From contig NW_005434598.1 of assembly GCF_000315625.1 (NCBI RefSeq), forward strand, positions 177,052 to 210,636: a stretch of DNA of 33,585 nucleotides. Reading direction: 5' to 3'. Source of the DNA: Guillardia theta CCMP2712 (Eukaryota > Protista > Cryptophyta). The translations under genes were made by a program, and so were the position numbers. Position 1 is the first letter of the stretch; each line of letters starts with the position of its first letter. Positions 1-12,360 of the stretch are shown one piece after another. The notes beneath the pieces are model-generated. The model saw only the letters and a list, made by a program, of their open reading frames with translations. It ran no database searches and was not told where the DNA came from.

Positions 1-863
1 TCCTCCTCCTCCTCCTCCTCCTCCGTCCAACTCTGCTCACTCATTCTATCCTGCTCTTGCATTGCACACTTGTGAAACTTCTGCCCCTACCCCTCCTCCC
101 TCCTTCCTCTCCTTCTTCTCCTTCCTCTCCTCCCTCCCTCCCTTCCCTCTTTTCCTCTTCGCCCTCCACTCCTCACATCATATTAGGTTCTGGTCGTTCC
201 CAGCGGATGGACTACCTCCGAGGGCAGCGCGTGTAGATTTCTCCCTCCTATCCTTCCCATGTCAATACATTCCGAATGACTCACTGTCTCCGTCCTCCTC
301 CTCCGAGCCCCAGTGAGTCGTCAGGCTCGGATCACAGTGACTAGGCACGGTAGTTCCTTCAAGGCTCCGAGGCTTCCTCACAGACGGTTGTCCGTCTGTT
401 GTCCGTCACAAATAACAATTCTTGCTCCACAAGAACCCTCCTCGATCGTTGGAGAAGAGTTGAAGGGGCTTGCTGTTGAGCTTGATTCGAGTCAAGCATG
501 ATGACGCAGAATGACAGCCGAGGAAGAGACGTCTGAGCTAAGAGCTCTCCCCTTAATGTCCTTCCTCCTCCGACCTGATTTCTTTCATGCTGCGACTCCG
601 CTATATCGCAGTTCAGGATGTGTGAATCCAAACAAGGTCAAACCCCCGTTAAAATTAAGTTACTAGCAAAAGAGAAAAACATCTAGAGTAAAGCCTTGTC
701 CTAGCCTTTTTGAGCAACTAAAAGTCTTGCCTCGTGTCCTAGCCTTAAGTCTTGGAATCAATTAGGAATTTGAATCCATCCCTTCCTGGAAAAGTGAGAC
801 TTTCGGGCGCTTTCTGCGCACATGGTCTTCTAGCTCCTAGCAAAGCAAAGGCGTCAGAGGAAT

Positions 864-1172
<309 letters not shown>

Positions 1173-1307
1173 TTACGTGAGTAAAAGTATTATAAAACGT
1201 CACAGAAAGGTTCTGCTGTTCACTGTAGTACAGTCACTGAGAGACCCGGGCCGGGCCGCGCACGGTGGCAGCCGCGGGCCCAGTGGCCAGCATGGCGGCA
1301 CTAGTTC

Positions 1308-1416
1308 ACTGATTTTTAACTTAACTTTGAGTAAAACGTTTACTCAAAGTTAACCTGGCAGGCGGCGACTCTCCTGATTGTCCTCGTACTGATTTTTAAC
1401 TTAACTTTGAGTAAAG
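1308..1416 (+). promoter_or_regulatory. Two direct copies of ACTGATTTTTAACTTAACTTTGAGTAAA (1308-1335, 1388-1415) upstream of ATG 1505
   Basis: Exact 28-bp direct repeat 80 bp apart; a third copy lies at 18886-18919 on the minus strand. Regulatory role is inferred from position only. Confidence 0.55.
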
Positions 1417-1504
1417 ATCTTGAACATTGTCACTGGGTGGTGGCGGCGCCCGGACCTCTCTGTCAGGCAACAAGTGGCGGAGCCTTGAAGCCGCTTAGCT
1501 CTCA

Positions 1505-2886
1505 ATGCAGGAAAAGAAAGAAGATGAACCGCAGGTGAGGAGGAGGAGGAGGAGGAGGAGGACTGAGGAGGAGGAGGAGGTACAGTATCGTACTGAGCTA
1601 GAGTTGAACAGATGGGAAGGCCTTGCTCGCTGCTGCACCAGGTCAGTCAAAGACAAGCAAGAGGATGCTAGGTACTACCCAACACCTGATTTCTTCAATC
1701 ATCCCATTGATCTACTGGAAGTGATTGAAAGTGACCAGAAGACCTCACGGAGATGGGCGAGAAGCTCTGATGTTGATATCACATGGTGTTATCTGAGCTC
1801 GGAAGCGTGAGAGATGGCGACATTAACATCTTCGAAACAAAAGACCTGTTGTCCGTGAGCTGGCTTTGATCAACAGAACAATCAAAGTTGAGATCAAGAC
1901 AGGGCACAGTGAAGAATAATTCCATCTAGCAGCGACTAGTGTCATCTACTCGAGGACCATTGAGAACATAATCTTCTTCCTCGACCAAGTTTTCATCAAG
2001 ATTGATCGCCGATGATCGTCTAAAAGGACAGGTTGTTCCGATGCTCAGTCCTAGAAGTTTCTGGAGCTATAGGAAAGACAGCTCCCTCGCAAGGAAGAAG
2101 AAAAACACCCGGCAGAGTGAGAAAGTCGACTCCTACCTTAATGATGAGGAAGAGTCGGAAGCAAGAACACCGGACACTACCATTGACACGTCAAAGAGCG
2201 TTGTTGGCAACACTGACTCCATGGCGGAAGCCGGCGAGAGCTCCAAAGCTGAGCTCGTAGGGAGTGATGGAACAGTAAGTGACGGGGATGAGGAAGACAA
2301 CAACAAGCCGGATCTCAGATCGAGGTTGCAAGAATCTTTCTACAGATCAGCAAGTTTGTCGCGGAGAGCAGAGAGCGTTTCCTTGCCGAGACCACTGGCC
2401 TTGACGTCTGGCAGCAGCAGCCAAGACAAGTTCACTCTGATCCAAGAGTTGACGCTGTCGAGGAAAGAGAACGAGGAGGTCAGCAGCAAGGCAGCAGCGA
2501 TGGAGGAGAAAGTGATCGAGATGCATCAGAAGCTTGCAGGAGCCGAGCACCGGGAAAGGAGCATGAGAGCGTTTATTCGCGAGCTCAGAGACATCAACAA
2601 GGCCCTGCAGCAGCGGGTGACTTTCCTCGAAGAAACCATGAGCAAGATTTCTATGAGGGACGCGCAGTGGGAGAGAATCTGTAGTCGGCTGCAAGCAGAT
2701 CTCAGCAAAGAGCAGGAACGACGAAAGTTGTTGGAGGCAGTCATCGAGATGGTGAGAGTGGTAATGAGAGGGGCAGACCTAAGGCTGAAATCATTGCAGG
2801 CACTCTCTGATGAAAAAGAAGCCTTGACAGTTGACGACAAGGAGGGCAACAAGGAAGAGAGCGGGCGTTCAAATCTTTCATTTTAG
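1505..2886 (+). CDS. Multi-exon hypothetical protein with C-terminal coiled coil
   Basis: Long terminal exon (about 2032-2886) with acidic region and heptad-like helices (ELTLSRKENEEV...LQQRVTFLEE...LSKEQERRKLLE). Upstream exons from MQEKKEDEPQ|gtgagg are not fully resolved. Confidence 0.65.
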
Positions 2887-3010
2887 TTTTCCCGCAGTGG
2901 ATGAAAGTGGATCTCATATTCCTCAATGTGCTCCTTTCATAAGAGATTGCCGAAAGCATCGGATATGATGCAAACTGACTTGATTGTCTTCAATGATTTG
3001 CCTTGGACGC

Positions 3011-4612
3011 TTATTGGTCGCAGATGACTTCAGTGATCTGAAGATACGTTAGCAAGAACATACTATCATGCCAGACCCACCTTTGCAAGGTCGGCATCGA
3101 GGTAGTCTTTCAATTCCTCTTGAAGGAGCCACACCTATCACGACAAGTCACAAGCTCTCTCTCCACACTCTTACACTCACATGGTCCTTGGCGATCTCCT
3201 TGACAGGAGTCAACGATCCCTCGATGTACTGTTCGAACAACCAAGTCAACAAACTCCGAAACAACAAACGCGCGCAAGGCAACAATCATGCACACCACCT
3301 CCCCAGTTTCAACAAAACACAAACATCATATGAGGCATTTCATACACGAAGGATGATTGCGTACCTGAACTTTGTAATAAAACACCCTCGACCGATCATC
3401 TCCAGTCCCTTTTTCACTGTCAGCAGGTAGACATCAGTCTGCGATCCTCTACCTCGGTCGACGTAGCCCATAGGACAGAACCCGACGGGAAACAGCTGAG
3501 CAGTATCTTGAACCTGTACATGTTGAGATCAAACGAGGAGAGAACAGCTGCAATGACATCACCAGCGTTGTCATGGTGCGCATAACAGCGTCTCGCATCG
3601 TCTCTCCCTCTTGTCTGCATGACAGTGAGGCAAACAAGAAGGAGAAGAGTGAACAGCATCAATCAATCAATTTTCATTGTTCCTCACCTCAGACTCTGTG
3701 GAAAGTTCCACTCAGTCTCGCCTTGTAGAATATCGGCAGGCTTGTTCCGTTGGATGACAAGGAAAACTCTCCGGTCCAGCCTCCTCCAGGCCGCACTGAC
3801 AAGAATATCACCCACCTCACCATCAGTCTTGTGAGCAGAACCGTTTGTCGCCTTTCAAATCCGCCTCAGTCTTTCGGGGATACGCGGTTGCGATAATCTG
3901 CGATGCCTCTTGTCAAGGGAGCTTCAAGGCGTGAGGCGGGCTTGACCTCCTCGTCCGTCATGGCCTCGTACTCGTCTGCCTCTGTCTTGTGCAGCTCCTA
4001 CGAAGCAAGCAATCAACAAGAAGGGAAGAGACTACTTGTCAAGACTCTACGTGCGGTTTGTATTCCATCTCAGGGGGCAGCCTCTTTCCTATAGCTTCAA
4101 GTTTCCGCATCTGCAAGTCCAACATGGCCTCTTCCCTACAAGACGCCATCAGTAGCTGGCGTATGGATCGCGCAAGAAGGAGACACGAGGCAAGACGCGT
4201 ACCAGTCTCTCATGTCAGGAGTTATCAACGGAAGACGCTCAACCACCGCGGCTGCTACTATCTTCTTAGGGGGAGGCGTCCAAGTCTAACACTCAACGTC
4301 AAAGGTCTTCGCCTCTCCTCAATATGCAACGGGGAGTTACCGGGACGACATAGACTGGTTTGACGCGCTTCCAGGTCTACAGGATACATGCCGGTCAGTC
4401 AAGTTTCAGCAATTCCCATAGCAGATCACCGGCCTGGCCGCGGCCTCCTCTCCCTTACTGACGTCTGCGGCGGGAGAGCTCGACTGCGATGAGAGGGAGC
4501 GGAGAGGCTGCTAATGCTGCACGTCAGCCCTCGCTCGCGCGTTGGTTCGGGGTAATGGCACCTGGAGTGAATTTATAGACCTGCATCCAATGCCGACCAG
4601 GCTCCTGTACAT
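3011..4612 (-). CDS. MRPL46: Mitochondrial large-subunit ribosomal protein mL46, multi-exon
   Basis: Hand-spliced peptides: MYRSLVGIGCRSINSLQ (presequence-like), KIVAAAVVERLPLITPDMRDW, PRKTEADLKGDKR, WRRLDRRVFLVIQ, WNFPQ, EGETMRDAVMRTM, RVFYYK, VWLLQEELKDYL, ITEVICDQ*. These match mL46 motifs (RxTEADxxxDxxSLxRxLD, WxxP, ETLR, VFF, WxxxEEL). Confidence 0.85.
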
Positions 4613-5417
4613 GGGCAGATGCATGTTAGAGAGGTCCTACCTTCCTCCCATCCCTGTCCTTCTCCCTTCTTCCTCTATTACTATTGCTTTCAGTCTGATT
4701 CTGTCTTCACCTCAGCTCGCAGCATTCTGCCGTTGATTTCACCGCACCCGGTCTATTCGCTGCAACACTCTTCCACCCCTTCTACGTCCTCACTCCTCCG
4801 ACCCCACTCCGGTTTCCAGAGCACTCTGCTCATCGTTTCATCACATTCGAATTCTCTTGCTTTCTTCCGGTTGCGCCTCCGCCTCCACCCGCTTCCTCCT
4901 TTCCTCCCTGTATTCCCACTCCCAACGTCCTCCTATCTATCATGCTGCTTCCCCTTCCTTGGCGTCGGCGCCATCCTTACCAACCTTCTTCCTCTCCTCC
5001 TCTCATCTCATCCATCATCATCATCTACCATCCTATCCTCTTCCTCCTCTTCCTCCTCTTCCTCCTCTTCCTCCCCTTCCCTCCATCGCACCTTCTTATT
5101 GCCAGCATCACGCGCGTCGCAAATCCTCGCAGATGTACCCCTCATCCCACCGCAGCCCCGCCTCACTCTGAACTGAGTGATCGGGCTTGTGATCGGGCCC
5201 GGGCCGCAGCCGGCCCGGAGCTCAAATTTGTGGACGCACACCTCTGACTATTTTTGTACATTCCCGGTGCACCGATAAATTCCTAGATGTATGTCTGAGA
5301 ATGTTCCAGATTTTGATCAATTTATCATCAAACTTTGATATTCTAGTTAAATATTTCGAAACATCATTGAAATAGTAGAATTTGGGACCCTTGCACTCTA
5401 TTTGTGGTGTACAAACC

Positions 5418-6306
5418 ATGTTTGCCCTCGTTCGCCGCTTCCATGCTCTTCGCGTCTCCCTGCTCCAGCTCGAGCTCGGTAACCTCCTCCCCCCTCTTGT
5501 CCTCCTTCCCCCTCTCCTCCTTCCCCCTCCCTCTCCTCGTCCTCCTGCCTCTCTTCATCCTCCTCGTCCTCGTCCTCCTCCCTCCTTCATCCTCCTCGTT
5601 TTCCTCGTCCTCGTCCTCCTCCCTCTCGTCCTCCTCGTCCTCGCCCTCGCCCTCCTCCTCCTACCCCTTCTACAACATTGTCTATCAATTTCCTCCTCCT
5701 CCATTTCCTGCCGCAGACCTCTCGTTCTGCCTTATACCCCCCCCTTCATCTCACCCCACTCCTGTTCTGCTTTGCCCTGCCTCGTCTTCTTCTTTCTCTG
5801 ATCCTGTTCCCGCTCGTCCCTTTCCTGTCTCGGCTCCACATGCTGCTTCCATTTTTCTGCTCAAACTGTGCGGGCGTTGAAAGCTTGTAGGACCCAACGG
5901 ATATCCTATCAGCCCGATCCACGATTGTGTCGACGAGGTCCCTCCAGAGGAATGGCTGTCTGCATACACCGATACCATCGATCAGGTTTGACCTCCGTGT
6001 CATGTAGTCGCGCATGCACGTTGAGTTGAATCTTGTATGCTCTGTTGGTCAGTTCGTTTCAGCCTTTCCATGTTTCTCAGTTTGTTTCGTCGACTGTTTT
6101 TCTCATTTGCTGTAGGCTGACGCCATGAACGCCAACGGTGTCACTGCGAACATCCCAGAGTGGGCGGACAGCACTCCTGCTGGAAACAATGCCATCCGAA
6201 TGTGCAAGAAAGGTGAGGACGGGAGAGTTTGCTGTGAATCATGCGGGAGGATCGGAGGACAGCGGAGTTTGATATGCAGCCGATGACAATGATGTCAGGT
6301 TACTAG
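5418..6306 (+). CDS. Small multi-exon hypothetical protein (about 85 aa)
   Basis: Phase-consistent splicing gives MFALVRRFHALRVSLLQLEL|GPNGYPISPIHDCVDEVPPEEWLSAYTDTIDQ|ADAMNANGVTANIPEWADSTPAGNNAIRMCKK|GY*. No family recognised. Confidence 0.5.
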
Positions 6307-6736
6307 AATGGGGAGCATATCTCATTGTTGGAAGATAGCATAACACGTCATGCTCTGTCTCTGCCCCATCTCACCTGTTGATTGTAGATCGAACATTTGC
6401 CGATCAGGTGCGGCACTGAGAGCTCGTACGTGCGGTGAAGTCGATCGTTATGAATGAATGCTGGACGATTGTTACTGCATTTGCCGCATCCTGTTTCTCC
6501 TCCTCCTCCTCCTCCTCTCTTCTGTTCAACTTCGCTTTTCATTTTCCTCTGTCCTGCACACTCCATCCTTCCCCTTCCCCTTCGTTTCTCCACTCATTCA
6601 TCTTAGGCTGGTCCGTTCCTCTTTCCTGGTTGCTCACCTCCCCTCCCCCTCTCCCTCTCCCTCCCTCTCCCCCTCTTTTCCTCTCCCTCCCTCCCCCTCT
6701 CCCTAGCATACTTTCCCCTTCCTGTCTCCTGCATGT

Positions 6737-7229
6737 NNNNNNNNNNNNNNNNNNNNNNNNNNNNNNNNNNNNNNNNNNNNNNNNNNNNNNNNNNNNNNNN
6801 NNNNNNNNNNNNNNNNNNNNNNNNNNNNNNNNNNNNNNNNNNNNNNNNNNNNNNNNNNNNNNNNNNNNNNNNNNNNNNNNNNNNNNNNNNNNNNNNNNNN
6901 NNNNNNNNNNNNNNNNNNNNNNNNNNNNNNNNNNNNNNNNNNNNNNNNNNNNNNNNNNNNNNNNNNNNNNNNNNNNNNNNNNNNNNNNNNNNNNNNNNNN
7001 NNNNNNNNNNNNNNNNNNNNNNNNNNNNNNNNNNNNNNNNNNNNNNNNNNNNNNNNNNNNNNNNNNNNNNNNNNNNNNNNNNNNNNNNNNNNNNNNNNNN
7101 NNNNNNNNNNNNNNNNNNNNNNNNNNNNNNNNNNNNNNNNNNNNNNNNNNNNNNNNNNNNNNNNNNNNNNNNNNNNNNNNNNNNNNNNNNNNNNNNNNNN
7201 NNNNNNNNNNNNNNNNNNNNNNNNNNNNN
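6737..7229. other. Assembly gap (N run); further 100-N gaps at 10480-10579, 12224-12323 and 14387-14486
   Basis: Runs of N, mostly flanked by polypurine/polypyrimidine low-complexity DNA. Confidence 1.
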
Positions 7230-7385
7230 CATCAAGTTCTCCACATGTTACATTCTTAGACTCTTGTAGAGAACCTGTGATGCTCAACGCCGTTACTGCT
7301 ATGCCCTCGTTCTATCCTCCTCTATTTTACTTGTTTAGTCAAAAAGAACGACAATTCTCTATGAGGTGGAGGATGTGAAAGTTCT

Positions 7386-7810
7386 TTACGACAAACAAGA
7401 GGCATAAGAATGAGTCTGAGGAGTTCCTCTGAGCAGCATGATAATCATTAGTGGTGGTGGAGGAGGAGGAGGAGGAGGAGGAGGAGGAAGCAAACGGGAG
7501 GCACAGGATATGATGAGAAGGAGAGAAGAATAGAGCAAGGGAAGGAGAGAGCTGATGGGAGGCAGGAGGAAAAGAGAGAAGAAGAGAGGAGGAGAAGAAA
7601 GGAGTAGAATAGAGTAGAAGAGGAAGGAGCAGATTAACGATCTAGAAAAAGGGAGAGGGAGGAAAAGGATTACCATCTCACGGGTCCATCCTTCTGCAGT
7701 TTCATCGATAAATCCCTTCACCTTTGTCAAAATCTCCTTGACATCACCATCCCACCTGAATTACCACGTCAATCATCAACGTCGGAACAATCCTCCTCCT
7801 TCACATTAAC

Positions 7811-7852
<42 letters not shown>

Positions 7853-9413
7853 ACATCGTCATCATTTCATCTTCATCCTCTCCATCTCTTTGAACATCTC
7901 CATTCCATCATGACAGTCTCCGTCATCATGGTTGTTGTTGCCATGTTGTCATATTTTCACGTTCATGTCTTCCAACTCCTCACTTGTAAAATTCAAAAAG
8001 ATGCCCATCAAAGACCGAGTCCATAACTTGCTTTCCTGTTCAGCAATTAGCGACATCTTCAACACTTTCAACGAGCAAACCGATCATCCTTCCGCCTGCA
8101 GTATGCGCAAAGTAGTAATTGTAGAAGTGAGTAAGGAAGACCTACGGGATGTAAACATGACAAACGTTTGCGAGAAAAATCTCACAGGAATGCTGAGAGT
8201 CGAGAGGTATTGCGCGTATTCCTTTGACTGCTCAACAAATCAGGTTCATTGCTGTTTTCTCTTTCCAATCAAAGTGTGAAGATTATCAATCGCAAGACAA
8301 AACTTTCTTTACATTACAATCTCCCTTCACAGCCTCCCTCTGCTCCTCCTACTCCTGCTCTTCTCCCTCCTGCTCCTACCCCTTTCTCCACCTCCACCTT
8401 CATATCCTCCTCCTCCTCCGTTCGTCCTCCTCCCTCTCTTCCTGTCACCATCGCGCTCTTGTTCACATCACAGGGACATCACTAAGAGCCCACCTGATCT
8501 GTTGCCTTGAGCGGTTTGATGTTGAAAGACTTCTCAATCCATTCGATGTCTTTCTCCAGACCCCTCACTCGCTCCAGCCCTGTACATCTGTCATCTACAT
8601 GCTCAACAGCTCGACTCCGTCCGACATCAGCTGTCTCACACCATCAACGTCTCATACGAACATCTATTCTACGTGTACACTGGTCGACCAACACACCTGT
8701 GTTTCTGAACTTCTCCAGTCCTGACCGCTGGACTTCTTTCTCAAACGCCTCGTACACCACCTTGCTGTAACTTCGTCGTCAGAGAACATACAGAACATAC
8801 AGTGCTCTCTGACTCCCAAAACCTCCTCACCTGTCAACAAGAAATTGAAGGTAGTCCTCCTTTGTTGTCTCCCACTGATCCACAACCGTGTTTGCAGACT
8901 GCAATCGTATTGTGAGATATCGAACAATGCACGGCAAGAGGACCAATCTCATGTTCAAAACACATCAACCCACGTACCACACAAGAAAATCTCAACAAGA
9001 CAACCAACATACGACATCTTCAACAAACAAAACACAACCGATACAACACTTCAACACGAAGACATGCAAAATCTTACAGCATCCTTCTGCTTTCCCTCCC
9101 TCGGGGCCTGAGAGAAAGTATGAAGGCTCATAGCCTTCTGCCTCATCTCTTGCGTGAAGGGAACAGACGCGACCTCGGCAGACGGCGTGCTCTTGGCACA
9201 CATCATGGGAGCTAGCGAGACAGTCAGCCCCATTCCTCCACATGCTCTCACCTTCTCACCTGCGTTTCTGAGTAGAAGCGATGTTCGCAGCGATGGCTTC
9301 AAGGCATGAGTGAGTTGCCATCGGCCCTCCGCACGTCCACCTACCTGCATGAACGCCGTTGTCGCGGTGATGGAGCATAGGGAGCAGAGCAGGGCAGGAA
9401 TCAAAGAGCGCAT
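7386..9413 (-). CDS. HO1: Plant-type (HY1/HO1-like) heme oxygenase with bipartite plastid leader; last exon uncertain
   Basis: Exons: FTQEMRQKAMSLHT..EGK, WETTKEDYLQFLVDS, KVVYEAFE..FRNT, GLERVRGLEKDIEW, FLTHFYNYYFAHTAGGRMIG, FEFYK, WDGDVKEILTKVK..GWTRE. N-terminus MRSLIPALLCSLCSITATTA-FMQ is a signal peptide with +1 Phe, followed by an S/R-rich transit peptide. Confidence 0.9.
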
Positions 9414-10937
9414 CTGCACCGGCCATAAGCATCATCAGCGCAAACTCAACGACATATCGAAGGCTTCTTCGCGCCGTCAAAAGTAAGTTGCAGAGAAGAG
9501 AAGTAAGTAAGTGGGTGGGAAAGATTCCTTTCAGAATCTTGTATCAATCTTACTCCCATTGCCTCATGCAGATTTTTTCATGATAAACATCTCTGGACCA
9601 CTACGTATATCTCCTATAATGCAACTCTGCAAGGATTCGCCATAGAACGCAGCTCCTTTCCCTCCTTCCTCTTTCTCTCATCAACAACAATGTCTTCGCT
9701 TGTCTCTCTTTTCCAATATCCTGCTCTCCTGCTCTCCCCCTCTTCCTCGTCCTCCCCGTCCTTCTCTTCACATCTCGTAAACGTATCGTCTTGCCATGTT
9801 CGCTTGCTGACTAAATAGCGGTTTCCCCTCTTTTCAACCCTTTTACATCTAAATTTGTACCAAGTATAACGTATATATTGTGTAATAAGGTATATATTGC
9901 TTGTTGCCCCCGACACATCAGCATCACCGGTATGTTTCACCCTTTAAAAGGGGGTACTTCTGGTGTAAGACATGGGGTGGCTGATTCCTCAGCAGAGGCA
10001 TAAAGAGGGGGTGGTGGCCTCTGAGGCAGGCTAGGTTCACTTGGGGTTGAGGGGGTAGTGTGAGTGAAAAACGGGGGTAGTTGAGGGATTTTGAGGTCCA
10101 ACAGTCGATGAGGGGGGTAATGAACTGGAAAGTACGGGGTAGGAGTAAGGGTGGGCCTAAGGACGGTCATGAAGGGGTAGAGGAACATGTGAAATAGGGG
10201 GTAGGTAACAGGGGTAGTATTTTTGTTTCAGTCAAGTAGTAGTGAAGAAAAGGCAGCAAGTCGTAATTAGACCATGGACATTGACTCAATCATGGGCAAA
10301 AAAGGGGCAGGGGTTAAATCGATGGGGGTAGGTCATTCAAATAATCACTCAAACCGGTGCTTTCGAAGGGATAAATGAGGGTAGGGGTACTTGTAGAGGG
10401 GGTCAGGGTGACATTTGTCGGAGAAGGGATTTTGTGCCTCCTGCTCCTGCTCCTAATTTGCGCCTCCTCCCCCCCCCCTNNNNNNNNNNNNNNNNNNNNN
10501 NNNNNNNNNNNNNNNNNNNNNNNNNNNNNNNNNNNNNNNNNNNNNNNNNNNNNNNNNNNNNNNNNNNNNNNNNNNNNNNCCTTCCGCCGCCGCCGCCGCT
10601 CTTGCTGCTGCATTGGCTCCTTCTCCTCCTCCTTCTCCTCCTCCTTCTCCTCCTCCTGCCAGTGCCGTTGGCCATGTTACTCCAGTCTTCAATGTTCGCT
10701 CCTGGCAACTCCCTTCTTTACCTCTGTGCATGAAATTATCCTACCTTACCACAATCTCTCTCTTCCCTGCAACGTCTACTTCTGTACCCTGTTCCCACCA
10801 ACCCACCATTGCTTGTTTCCTCTTGCGCTTGCAGTTCTCGAGCTCCTCTACTTCATTGGTACACGTCTCTAGTCTTGCCATGACTTGATCTCCTTCGCTT
10901 TATCCTCACTGATATCCTCATGTTTCGTCTCCTGGCA

Positions 10938-12105
10938 GCGCATCCTCTGCATTGCGCTTCCTCCCCACCATCGCAAGCATCGGAGGTGCAGCATCGCTCC
11001 CAAGCAGCTCTGCTCGTGCTGCTCCTTCAGGACACGGCAGTCACCGCCTCATCTTCCGCTACCCGGAAGGATCGCACCCCGTGCGGAGCATGATGGATGA
11101 CGCCAACTTCACGCAGGGAGCTACCTACACTGTGCACCTCAAGAGAAGTTATGGTGAGCGAGGAGCGTGGGGGCGGGGAGGTTGGGGATTGTAGCCAAGG
11201 AAGAAGAGAAAGATTAAGAGAAGCGGGGGAGGATAGAAGGAAAAAGGAGAACGAGAGAGAAGAGAGGGGAAGGGGTTGATGAGGAGGATGATTGAGGGGA
11301 TGGGAGGAATGTGTGTGTGAAGGGTGGAGAGTGGGGTTGGGGGAGGAGGAAGACAGAATAGGAAAACATGGGGTAGGGAGGAGCAGGTTGAGGAGGAGGT
11401 GGTTCTCAGGGAGTGATTGTGTTGTGCAGGCTTTGGTCAAGGAGTTCGCGGATACGGTTTGCAGTTCGAACCTCGAGCAGAAGGCCCGATGGTGACTAAG
11501 GTAGAGGAGCAGCAGCGAGAGGGAGGAGGGAGGGGAAGGGGGAAGGGGGACGGAGAAAGGGGGAGGAAGAAGGGAAAGGAGAAGGCAGGAGGGGGAGAGG
11601 GAAGTGAAGAATATGAGGGAAGGGGGAGGGAGGAGGTTCTATGAGTGTTGGAGGAAGGAGGGGTATGGGGAGTGAGGATGGGATTCAGGTTTTTGAGAAC
11701 GGCGAGGCTCATCGAAGTGGACTGATCGAGGTAAGGGAGGAAATGGGATTGCTGGGGTTACAGATATGGAGGATGAGGATGCGGATGAGGAGGAGGAGGA
11801 GGGACAAGAAAGCAAGAACGATGCGGACGAGAGAGATATAGAGAATTTGGAGGGGGGGAGGGTGTAGACACGAAGAAAAGAGGGAAGAAGTGGAGAAGAT
11901 AGAAAGGAAAGCAAAGGAAAAGAGGAGAAATAAGGAAATGGGGACCAGGGAGGAGAGGAGATGGTGACTAAGAGCACATGTGCAGACTGGGGATGTTCTG
12001 GTTGAAGTGAATGGAGAATCGATTGCCGGAGAGGAGTTCCTTCAAGTGATGGATAGGATAGTCTCTACCGACAGCTGCAGCTTTACTTTCAAAGGGTCCT
12101 CGTAG
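10938..12105 (+). CDS. PDZ-domain protein; 5' end unresolved
   Basis: Spliced YTVHLKRSY|GFGQGVRGYGLQFEPRAEGPMVTK|VFENGEAHRSGLIE|TGDVLVEVNGESIAGEEFLQVMDRI..FTFKGSS*. Shows the GLGF-like loop (GYGL), GxAxxSG and GDxxxxVNG hallmarks of PDZ. Confidence 0.8.
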
Positions 12106-12360
12106 TCCTCTCCTCCTCCTCCTCCTTCAGTCGCCCTTCCCTTTCCCCCTACCCCTCCTCCCTCCTCCCTCCTCCCTCCTCCCTCCTCCCGCCTCCCTTC
12201 TTCTCTCTCTACTCGTACGTCCCNNNNNNNNNNNNNNNNNNNNNNNNNNNNNNNNNNNNNNNNNNNNNNNNNNNNNNNNNNNNNNNNNNNNNNNNNNNNN
12301 NNNNNNNNNNNNNNNNNNNNNNNGGAGGGAGGGAGGGAGGGAGGGAGAGGGAGAGAGGGT

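Noticed and set aside
1308-1416. CRISPR-like repeat-spacer-repeat
   Set aside because: Only two copies, eukaryotic context and no cas genes.
6303-6480. Minus-strand exon (..PAFIHNDRLHRTYELSVPHLIGKCSIYNQQ|) whose stop might share CTAG 6303-6306 with the plus-strand gene
   Set aside because: Needs an atypical GAG acceptor and the rest falls in the N gap, so it cannot be supported.
9949-10410. Interstitial telomere array
   Set aside because: G-runs are dispersed among unique spacers rather than forming tandem units.
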